Positions 37,342 through 46,841 of a stretch of 64,000 nt of DNA are shown in pieces (the stretch's first letter is position 1; each line of letters starts with the position of its first letter). The notes below the pieces were generated by a model. The model had not been told where the DNA came from. It made no database searches and saw only the letters and a list, made by a program, of their open reading frames with translations. The DNA is taken from positions 1 to 64,000 of the forward strand of contig JBHGNT010000110.1 of NCBI GenBank assembly GCA_043228905.1, written 5' to 3'. This DNA comes from Azolla caroliniana (lineage: Eukaryota; Plantae; Polypodiophyta). The position numbers and the translations under genes are program-made.

Positions 37342-37616
37342 TTTTAACATTAATCCAACATATTCAAGGCTTGTTAATGATTAGTTTTATATTTTACTTG
37401 ATTTAACATCATTTAGATCTAGTTTATATAATGATTGATAATTTAAGTTAAATTACTTTATTAAAAATAATTTTTAGATGTATTGTATTAATAGAATATT
37501 ACATAATATAGACATTCTATTGATTTGGCTTTTGTTTAGAGAGAAGTTTATGTTTAGGGAGGAGTATATGGTTAGAGAGGAGTATAACTTAGAGAGCCCT
37601 ATCTAGACCTTAAGCC

Positions 37617-40397
37617 ATGAGTGAAGATTCACCGTTCTTGATTGAAGAATATTGTTTGTCATCAGACCCATCGTTTTCTACTGAAGAGTATTGTTTGTCA
37701 ACAGAGTCACCACATTCGATTGAAGAATATTGTCTTTCGACCGACTCACCATATTCTATCGAAGAATATTGTCTGAGCTCATCTACAGGGAATGTAAATA
37801 ATGACACATGTGAAGAGTTCTCTATTGAAGAATACGATATTAATAAAGATACCGAGAATGAAGGAAGTGCCCAGGAAACATTGAATAACATTGGCGATGG
37901 TCAGAACAGAGAATTAGACTGTAACAAGGTTACACCAACCTCTATGCAGGAAGAGAAATCTGGGAGCCCTATGCATATTAGAAGAATCCCACGAAGAATT
38001 CGTCTAGCTAGATTTATCTTGGTGACATCAGATAAACAGATTGGATTTGATGTCAACAAAATATGTTGTGCCCGTGGTTGTATGTCTATGATTGGAAAAT
38101 CAAAGTTGCGAGAATTAAGGCGATACTATTTTTCGATGACCGGTGATGAGCAAGACACTTACCTCGGATCACATATGCAACTAGTATCTGACAAATGTAC
38201 GGGGATGAAAGTATCATTCGAGTATTATATCTTCCATGCGCAACAGATATGTAGAGTTGCATTCAAAATTGTGTTATGTGTTAGTAACATGCGGCTACAT
38301 AGAGTACAACAACGTCTACTTAGCGGGGATCAGATGCTCAATTGTAAAGAGGTTCCAAGTATGAAAGGTGCAATTGGAAGACTGGCGATTGGCTGGATGA
38401 AAACTTACTTTCAGTTAAATTGTGAAGTAATGCCCACTACAGGTAGGATGCATCTTTCTGATAATTATACCCGTCGGGAAGTTTATGATGTCTATCGATC
38501 TGAAATGCTGGGCTCACGTAATAAGTCTATCACCTATAGCCAATTCACAAGATTATGGAGAGCTCGGTTTTCAAATGTTATTATTCCTCGTAAAGTACGT
38601 ATGGGTTATTGCTCCATTTGTGCAAATCTTAAAAGTTTGGCTAAAGGTGCAAAGACATCAATGGAAAAGGATACGAGTAAGAAGTTACTACAAGAGGATC
38701 GTGAGGCACAATCCTTAGAACGAACGAAGGCGATGCATCATAGAGAGAAGTGTTTGAAGAGGCCTGAACAATACATGTGCTTAATGATAGATGGCATGGA
38801 CCAGAAGAAGACATGCTTGCCGCATATGCGGAGGCTCCCCAAAGATGTCAATGATGAGTGCCTTGTTCAAATGCACTTGGTGGGATGCTTGGCTTATAAT
38901 AGGTCTGTTCGACCTCACGTCTTCATTACTTACCCCAATGTTCACAATGACCCTAACCTAACAGTTACGGTGATTCACCGAGTTTTGATGTCTTGGGGAC
39001 AACCTTTCCCCCCTGTTCTATACATTCAATTGGACAATACTGCTAGAGAGAACAAAAATTCAACTGTATTTGGCTATCTAAGTATGTTGGTCAACCTAGA
39101 ATTGTTTAGGAAAGTGAAAGTCAATTTCCTTTTGGTTGGCCACACACATGACCATATAGATCAGATGTTTAGCACATTCTCCAGACAGTTGTCTCGGCAT
39201 GATGCTTTCACTTTACCTAAACTATTTGATGTCATTTGTGATGCATATACACCACGCCCAAAAGTGTTACACTTGAAGGAGGTATATGACTTTAAGAGAT
39301 ATATATTAGATGGGGGTGGTGGGAATGTTAAAGTGCTTGCTCAGTTAAACAATATAAGTTTCAATCACATTTTTTTGATAAAGAAAAATGGAATAAGTGG
39401 TTCTACACTTTTGTATGCTAAACAATATTCATCTTCTACAACATGGGAACCTGAAGGTGGTTGCCAGTTATTACTTTGTATGCCGAGTACAATTGTCCAT
39501 GGAGCTAAGCAAATGCCAATTGAGAAGAAAGGACAGTTGCAGAGCGACTTGGTACTAGAACAAAAACGGTCATGGCTCCAAGCCTTAGAAGAAAAAAGAA
39601 AACATATTGAGGCCGCCAAGAAATATGCCGCACAACAAGACACGTCATGGTGGGATGTATTTTATAGTGATCAGAAAGAAATTATAGACCATTGTGTATC
39701 TGTTGATAATTGGAATTTGGAAATGCCATTCACATGGTCGCTGCAACATGATCGCGTAAATAGAAGTCCGGAGCGACTAGTAAATGCGATTAATGACAGC
39801 TTGGTCCATCCACAACAAAGAGACATTTATGTGGGACCAAGGATGACCAAAGCAGCCGAAGCTAGATGGCAAGGAAATTTGCAAGAGCTCACCGCGGGGA
39901 TGTTGATTGCAACGCCGGCTGATGAGAACTCACATGGCCACCAATTTTGGGTTGGTAAAATTCTAGAAGTGCTAATGCATGAAATAGAAAACACGATCAA
40001 GTCTATAAATGTTCATTGGTACAACACTAGAAGTGCAAATGCTTTTACAGGTAAGTATACATTGGAGATGATTGAATGCCAAACAAGAAGGGGAGGTAGG
40101 AAGAGGAAGCGAAACATTCGTAACACCTCGACCCTTGATATCTCTGATGTGGATATCATCGTGTACGACTTCACACTTACAAAAGCCGGACGATTAAGGA
40201 AGTCAACAATAGATATAATAAAAGAAAAATTACCAGGTCTACAAGGTGGCTCGAGTCAAAGGCAAACGAGATCTGCTACATATAATCTAGAGTCAAACCA
40301 TTTGGTTTATGACGAAGATAATGCACTGATTGGTACATCCGAGGATGATGAGGAGGAATCGTCATTGTATATTAGTTATAGTAGTGATTCTCCGTAA
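37617..40397 (+). CDS. DDD-type transposase (Sola1-like), 926 aa, uninterrupted
   Basis: Cys motifs CCARGCM, ICRVAF and CSIC. Candidate catalytic triad IDGMDQ / QLDNTARENKN / FLLVGHTHDHIDQMFS. Basic NLS-like RRGGRKRKR. Lies inside TIRs with a 4-bp AWWT TSD. Confidence 0.85.
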   Translation: MSEDSPFLIEEYCLSSDPSFSTEEYCLSTESPHSIEEYCLSTDSPYSIEEYCLSSSTGNVNNDTCEEFSIEEYDINKDTENEGSAQETLNNIGDGQNRELDCNKVTPTSMQEEKSGSPMHIRRIPRRIRLARFILVTSDKQIGFDVNKICCARGCMSMIGKSKLRELRRYYFSMTGDEQDTYLGSHMQLVSDKCTGMKVSFEYYIFHAQQICRVAFKIVLCVSNMRLHRVQQRLLSGDQMLNCKEVPSMKGAIGRLAIGWMKTYFQLNCEVMPTTGRMHLSDNYTRREVYDVYRSEMLGSRNKSITYSQFTRLWRARFSNVIIPRKVRMGYCSICANLKSLAKGAKTSMEKDTSKKLLQEDREAQSLERTKAMHHREKCLKRPEQYMCLMIDGMDQKKTCLPHMRRLPKDVNDECLVQMHLVGCLAYNRSVRPHVFITYPNVHNDPNLTVTVIHRVLMSWGQPFPPVLYIQLDNTARENKNSTVFGYLSMLVNLELFRKVKVNFLLVGHTHDHIDQMFSTFSRQLSRHDAFTLPKLFDVICDAYTPRPKVLHLKEVYDFKRYILDGGGGNVKVLAQLNNISFNHIFLIKKNGISGSTLLYAKQYSSSTTWEPEGGCQLLLCMPSTIVHGAKQMPIEKKGQLQSDLVLEQKRSWLQALEEKRKHIEAAKKYAAQQDTSWWDVFYSDQKEIIDHCVSVDNWNLEMPFTWSLQHDRVNRSPERLVNAINDSLVHPQQRDIYVGPRMTKAAEARWQGNLQELTAGMLIATPADENSHGHQFWVGKILEVLMHEIENTIKSINVHWYNTRSANAFTGKYTLEMIECQTRRGGRKRKRNIRNTSTLDISDVDIIVYDFTLTKAGRLRKSTIDIIKEKLPGLQGGSSQRQTRSATYNLESNHLVYDEDNALIGTSEDDEEESSLYISYSSDSP

Positions 40398-43237
40398 AGG
40401 AGTGATCATGAATGTATATTTGGCTATTAAGTGTAACTACATTCCGCTTGTAACAAATCGAGTAATATAAAATCATGTGTTTTGAATTCTTATGATTTCC
40501 CAAAAATCGTTTCTTATAAAATAACATTGGTTGTAAAGTTTGTGATATAAATTGAGAATGTATGTTTTTGAAATTCGTCTTTTTTTAGTTACTTCTAAAT
40601 CACGAAAATAGTGGATTTTTAACCTTTTTCATAGTATGTTTGAACTTGTATGATACTGGTATCAATGTGTTTTGTAAAATCATTGAAAAACCCCTAAAAT
40701 TTCCCTTATCCTTCCATTTATGCGCGATCCTTCCACTTGTGAACGCGAACGTGTTAATTCGTGATGACTCGCGAAAGCTACCAGATGCATTCCGTGATCC
40801 GACATCGAGACAAGCTCCACCTGACCTACCCGCCGACCGTCCATTACAAGTGGATGGTGGACTTAGTGACAATGCCAATGGGGGTAGGGCAGATGTGTTA
40901 CCTGGTGCTTGCACGGGAGAACCTTACGAACGAGGTAGAAGGTCGTGCGCTACAAAACAAGATGACTACGGTCGTGTGCCGATTCCTAATTGAGGAGGTG
41001 GTATGCTGGTACGGGTGCGTGGGGAAGATCGTAGCCGACCGGGGAGAGTTGGATGCGCAGGAGGCGGAAGAGTTGTTCGGTCGGTTGGGGGTCAAGCTTT
41101 CCCTCACTACGGTGTACAATCCGGAGGCAAACGGGAAGGTAGAGCGCGGGCACGAGCCGATCGTGAAGGCGTTGGTACAGGCTTGCGAAGGACAAGTCGG
41201 GAATTGGCCGCGGCTCCTGCCTTACGCATTGTGGGTTGATCGAACTACGCATAGTTCGATAACCGGGTTCATGCCAGTCGAGCTGATGTACGGGCAGAAG
41301 CCAGTCATGCCGATGGAGCGGACGATCTCCTCATGGGTTGGGTGGACTGGAGAGGCGAGATGAGCCGGGAAGAGTTGTTGGCGGCGCGGATTCGCCAGCT
41401 TGAGCGAAGACCGGAGGACGTGGACTTGGTGAAGACGAAGTTGCACGCGGCGAGGGTGAAGAATAAAGGCCAGTTTGACTAGACGCACCGGCTACGACCG
41501 AAGAAGGTCGAGGAAGGCGACTGGGTTCTAGTTTACAACAGCAGCCTCAACAATCAGCACAAGGCAACGCATAAGTTCACGAGAAGGTGGTTCGGACCCT
41601 ATTTCGTAACGAGCACGAACATCAACGACACCTACCACCTTGCGGAGCTCGACAAAACGCGGATAGAAGTACCGGTAACCGGTAAGAGGGTCAAGGTGTT
41701 CAAGAAAAGGCACGAAGACGAGCCGGACCCGGTAAGTGCGGACAACGGGGACGACAAACCAGAAATCGACGATTGAAAACGAGCTGGTTTTCTCCGGTAT
41801 TTGTCTCTCTTGGCGCATACCGGTGGATGTGCGGTTTGGTGGGGGTGGATGCCGTGAAGAAAACCGGCCTAAGGAGGAATTAAGGGATAAAGTGTGTGAA
41901 CCAACTCCTTTACATGGGGACGCATACATGTTGTCGGGGTGGGGGGTGAAGCCTAGAATGGCTTCACCCCCCTCCCAAGGGGGTTACGATAGAGAGAGAG
42001 AGAAGGAGAGACTGAAAATAAGAATGACACCAAAATAAGAGGAAAAAAGTGTATATCTCATTACATGCCCATAAGGGGTTTATATAATACATCCAATTTA
42101 ACGGTTACATGACCGTTATAAATAAGACCGTTACACATTCTTGTACACATGCACATAATTGTGCATGTGTCCATACACATACTCACACACTCATTTACTT
42201 TACACATACACATCAACCACATCATTACACCTACCCTTATGCCTCCCCGTATATTCTTACGGGTAGGGTAACACATGGCACGCCTTGTGGGACAGTGCAT
42301 TGCACGGTGAACCCACTCGCCATGGCAACTCTTCTCGACCGGAACTCCATCGGTCGTCTCAACGGTCGGAAATCCCTCGACCGGATCACTGCTCTACGAT
42401 CGATAACTTCGATCGGAGCTTTGCTTAACTCGAACCTTCTTGTTCGGTCAGCACAAGTCGCGATTGGATCATACACCAATCGGCTAGTTCAATGTGGCAT
42501 GGGTCATGAAATCATTTTGTGCGTTTGTGTATTTGTTCTTTCATCATGTGAGTTGTGTTTTCGAAATTTCATGATTTGTACCACTTATTTTTTGAAATTC
42601 TAGTTTTTACCCTCATGGTTTTAGATTTTTATTTCTGCCCTCCGGTTTTGGAAATCTTCTCTTCTACCCTCGAGCTTCTAAATTTTGATTGTGTGCCCTT
42701 GCTTTCATGCAAATTTTCGTTGTGTATCCTTCGCTTCTTTCGTTTCCTCTCTTTACCTTCCTTTTCTCTTGTCCTCTTTTTTTTTCTTCTCTCTTCTCTG
42801 CATCTGACTTCTCTTTTTCTCCTGATTCTGATTTTTCTTCGTTCTTTTTGTCTGCGTTCTTCTTCCTCCTATGTCCTCTTTATCCCTTCCTTTCCCCTAC
42901 TTTGCTTCCCCGTTTCCATCTTGTTCTCCTCTTTTTCCTTCTCTTTTCTTTCTTCCGTTTCTTCTCCACCTTCATCCGTTTCTCCTTCTTTAGCCATGGC
43001 AGAGCTCGGTGGAGCTCTCTCTCTACTCTGTCTTGGTCTGTGTCTGTGTCTATGTCTATGTCTGTTTAGGTCGTTTATGTTCGTCGGCCGTCAATCGTGC
43101 CTGTCCGTTGGTCATCTGTCGACTGTCGCCGTCACCGGTTGTCCGACGGCCATCTCTCAGTTCGGCCGGCTGAGTCGTCGGTGGTCGTGTCTGTTCGGCC
43201 AGTGTCTTTTTGGTCATCTCTCTTGGGTGGTTGTTTG

Positions 43238-45862
43238 TGTTAGAAAATAAGGAAAACAATAAAATTGTAAAATAAATAAAATAAACAGTTACGACTCCTT
43301 ATATGAAGAGTCACATGAATAGGCACATGTAGCCTATATGAAAACAGCACACGCCTTTCTCAATTGAGAGAGGAGAACAACAAAAATTAGAAATAAAGAA
43401 GTTATCCTTCTTCCCTTCTCTCTTCCCCTTCTCTATCTCCCTGTCTCTATTTTTCTATATGGTATCAGAGCAAGGTTCCATACACTAAAATTATAGAAAA
43501 ACAGCAAACAGAATAAAGAAAATCACTCTGTAGGCCAAGATTCTAATCTTTTTAAAAGACCTGCACATTCTTGGTTCTGAATTTCTCTTATTCAACCATG
43601 GCTGAGGCAACTCCTTCATCATCCATATCTTCTCCCCAGTCGGCGTCGGTCCATCCATGAAGAGCAGTTGAGGGGTTTGCCCATCCACACAATTTTGGTT
43701 GGATCGACTCCGAATGCATGGATTGAAAAGTAAGACACAAGTGTTTAGTATGTTTAAGATATCTAAGAATTCTCTTAACCATCTGTTATGAACAATTTCA
43801 ACTCTCCAAAAACCTCACAAACTAAACACCTGCCCATCTCTAACATCGACACTACACCTCCTAGACGCCTTAGAAAACTATCGGACATCTACCGAGAATT
43901 AGACGAACTAGAGTGTCATTTTAGCGATCTTGACACGGGGCATACATCCAACCGTGATGAAGACAGTCCACATACCGATTTCGAAGAGCCCACCAACGTC
44001 GAAGAAGCACTTCAAAGCCAAAATGCAGATCATTGGATAAATGCAATGAAAGATGAAATGCATTCCCTTACCAAAAATAAAACATGGGACCTAGTGAAAA
44101 AACCCACCGACCGTAAGATTATCACTTGCAAGTGGGTACTCCGAATAAAGTATGACCCCCAGGGACAACCCATTCGTTTCAAAGCAAGACTAGTTGCTAG
44201 AGGTTTCACACAAGTACCCGAAATAGACTTCACAGATACTTTCAGTCCCACACTACGAATAACATCCTTTCGACTACTTGTGGCCATTGCTGCGGCTCAA
44301 AAACTTGAGCTTCATCACTTGGACGTTCAAACCGCGTTTCTACATGGTGACCTCGAAGAAGAAGTCTATATGGCGCAACCCCCCTATTTTCAAAATACAC
44401 AATTTCCAACACACGTTTGCAAACTTCGGAAGTCCATCTACGGCCTACGACAATCACCTCGAGCCTGGTACTATCGTCTCCACACCTTTTTAATAAAATG
44501 TGGCTACAGTAGACTGAAAAGTGAACCTAACATCTATCTTAGAAAATCAGCATCCAACTTCATCATATTAGGAGTATATGTAGATGATTTTCCTTTACTA
44601 TCAAATTCTCTATCTTATTTAAGTTTTTGTAAACAAGAGTTGAAAACAGTTTTTCCTATCACAGATCTTGGACCCATGACCTATTTTCTAGGAATAGAAG
44701 TAAAAAGAAATACAAGTCTAGGACAAATATCACTCTCACAATCTCGATACATTGATAATATTCTAAAGCGTTTTAACATGGAACATTGCAAACCCATATC
44801 TACCCCACTTCCTACCGCACTTAAGTTGTCCATTGAAGATAGCCCAAAATCAATCATAGAAGAAACTGAAATGGAAAACATTCCCTATAGACAAGTAATA
44901 GGCTCCATACGATATCTAGTTAGTAGCACGAGACCAGATTTATGTTTTAGTACAGGATTACTATCACGCTTTATGACGAACCCTGGCCCCAAACATTGGC
45001 AAGCACTTAAGAGAATTCTTAGATATTTTAAACATACTAAACACTTGTGTCTTACTTTTCAATCCATGCATTCGGAGTCGATCCAACCAAAATTGTGTGG
45101 ATGGGCAAACCCCTCAACTGCTCTTCATGGATGGACCGACGCCGACTGGGGAGGAGATATGGATGACCGAAAATCCACAAGTGGCTACGTCTACACTTTT
45201 GCCGGAGGAGCAATTGCGTGGAGATCGAAAAAACAAGCTACGGTTTCACTATCTTCGACAGAAGCCGAATATGTTGCTGCTACCCTAGCTGCAAAAGAAG
45301 GAATTTGGCTAAAGGCCATATTAGAAGAAATAAATTTTGCTGAAGAGAAACCAATAGAAATCTACTGCGACAATCAGTCATGCTTAAAATTGGCAAGCAA
45401 CCCAAGAATTAGCGACAACATACGTCACATATCTTTCAAGCACCATTTCTTAAGAGACATGCTTGAAGAAAAAAAGATCAACATAAAGTTTATGCCATCA
45501 ACTTTGATGTGGGCAGATTTCCTAACAAAGCCAGTAGCAAGTCATAAACATCTACAATGTTGCAAAAATATCGGACTACTCAATCATACAAAAACCGAAG
45601 ATAAAAGCTTGGAATTTTGATTATTTTCCTTAGGGAGGAGTGTTAGAAAATAAGGAAAACAATAAAATTGTAAAATAAATAAAATAAACAGTTACGACTC
45701 CTTATATGAAGAGTCACATGAATAGGCACATGTAGCCTATATGAAAACAGCACACGCCTTTCTCAATTGAGAGAGAAGAACAACAAAAATTAGAAATAAA
45801 GAAGTTATCCTTCTTCCCTTCTCTCTTCCCCTTCTCTATCTCCCTGTCTCTGTTTTTCTATA
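43238..45862 (+). mobile_element. Internally deleted Ty1/copia element with 222-bp TG...TA LTRs
   Basis: LTRs 43238-43459 and 45641-45862 (2 differences), TSD GTTTG, PBS at 43460 and PPT AGGGAGGAG. gag, protease and integrase are absent. Confidence 0.93.
43788..45620 (+). CDS. Copia RT-RNase H, 610 aa open frame
   Basis: KARLVARGF, HLDVQTAFLHG, YGLRQSPR, YVDD, GWTDADWGG and SSTEAEY motifs. Confidence 0.88.
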   Translation: MNNFNSPKTSQTKHLPISNIDTTPPRRLRKLSDIYRELDELECHFSDLDTGHTSNRDEDSPHTDFEEPTNVEEALQSQNADHWINAMKDEMHSLTKNKTWDLVKKPTDRKIITCKWVLRIKYDPQGQPIRFKARLVARGFTQVPEIDFTDTFSPTLRITSFRLLVAIAAAQKLELHHLDVQTAFLHGDLEEEVYMAQPPYFQNTQFPTHVCKLRKSIYGLRQSPRAWYYRLHTFLIKCGYSRLKSEPNIYLRKSASNFIILGVYVDDFPLLSNSLSYLSFCKQELKTVFPITDLGPMTYFLGIEVKRNTSLGQISLSQSRYIDNILKRFNMEHCKPISTPLPTALKLSIEDSPKSIIEETEMENIPYRQVIGSIRYLVSSTRPDLCFSTGLLSRFMTNPGPKHWQALKRILRYFKHTKHLCLTFQSMHSESIQPKLCGWANPSTALHGWTDADWGGDMDDRKSTSGYVYTFAGGAIAWRSKKQATVSLSSTEAEYVAATLAAKEGIWLKAILEEINFAEEKPIEIYCDNQSCLKLASNPRISDNIRHISFKHHFLRDMLEEKKINIKFMPSTLMWADFLTKPVASHKHLQCCKNIGLLNHTKTEDKSLEF

Positions 45863-46841
45863 GTTTGGCCATACTCTCGGCCGCGCGTCTCAGCCGTCGT
45901 TTTTCGGCCATCACTTGGCCGTACTCTCGGCCATCCGTCTCGACCGTGTGTCTCGGCCGTTGTCGTAGTGTAAGTTGCACACTATGTGGAAATTATATTT
46001 TTGTCCCTCCGGATAGAGAATGGAGTGCTCGGTGAGAACCGGAAGAAAACGGCATACCGACAAGGAGGAAAACGGCATACCGGCAAGGAAGAAAACGGCA
46101 TACCGGCAAGGAAGAAAACGGCATACCGGCAAAGAAGAGACATAAATGTAAAAAAAAAAGGGGAAATACTCACTACTGCGCAGGGCGTGATTCGAACTCT
46201 GCACCTCCACGTTGACAAACCCCAACCTTACCATTACATTAAATTATCTTAAGTGTTTTAAATATATATTTAATAGGTATAAGACCTTTATTTATGCATA
46301 CCTTTATTAAAAGGTAAATCGTGTATTTTTTAATATATGAAAAAAAAGAAAAGAAAAGAAAAACACGAGACACTAAAAAATAACTCATGCACATCTAGCG
46401 TGCATGAGCCCTATACTTAGGAAATAAAAAAAAAGCATCACATACACATTTAGTGGACATGAACACTTTTTGTAAAAAAAAAAAAAAAAAGCATGAAGCC
46501 ATGCTTAGCTCTTCCTCCCTTATATAAGGAGGAGAGAAATATGTATATGGTTGTTGATTATTTGGATTAAGTATTAATCAATACAAAAATTATTCGTGGG
46601 ATTCACGATTTATACATCTACTTCTCTCTTAACACCCTAAGTACCAATTAATATAGTATACTCGTGTGATTCACGAGTTTCTTATCCTTCTCTTTGCTAT
46701 TTACTCATAATTAATCTCTATCTCACGAACTTCTTTCTCCTAGTCCAAGACCTCTGTGGTTCCCACCCGACTCACGCAACGATCCGGAGCCGAAAGGCAC
46801 GACACAGTTGGTGAACCCGACGTGAAGACGGGTGGCAAGGA

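Larger units (their letters stand above)
31632..40755. mobile_element. Apparently autonomous TIR DNA transposon (Sola1-like), 9,124 bp, with a cargo methyltransferase gene
   Basis: 36-bp TIRs 31632-31667 and 40720-40755 (AACACGTTCGCGTTCACAAGTGGAAGGATYGCGCAT, 1 mismatch) and TSD AATT at 31628-31631 and 40756-40759. Removal restores the gypsy integrase frame (VHQFVMTRESYQMH vs VHRFVTTCESCQMH in the sister copy). AT-rich relative to the host element. Superfamily assignment is from motif recall. Confidence 0.95.
15058..41928 (+). mobile_element. Decayed Ty3/gypsy element (tRNA-Trp primed, FLDD-type RT) hosting four insertions; 3' LTR interrupted at 41929
   Basis: 5' LTR 15058-~15842 (TGTCGTGAAGAAAACCGG...), PBS TGGTGAACCCGGCGTGA at ~15850. 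gag 15891-16071, 21730-22804 and 24056-; protease ALIDHGSEINLM; RT/RNase H/integrase fragments 29245-31631 and 40760-41780. PPT ~41840; 3' LTR starts at 41850. Confidence 0.88.

Noticed and set aside
31632-40755. Bacterial or phage contamination, or a restriction-modification locus
   Set aside because: The MTase gene has five GT-AG introns, no nuclease partner is evident, and the block is precisely inserted with a TSD into a retrotransposon.
42555-43250. Hydrophobic 231-aa ORF (also 576-1088) as a membrane or env-like protein
   Set aside because: An artefact of CT-rich low-complexity sequence giving F/L/S runs; no conserved motif.
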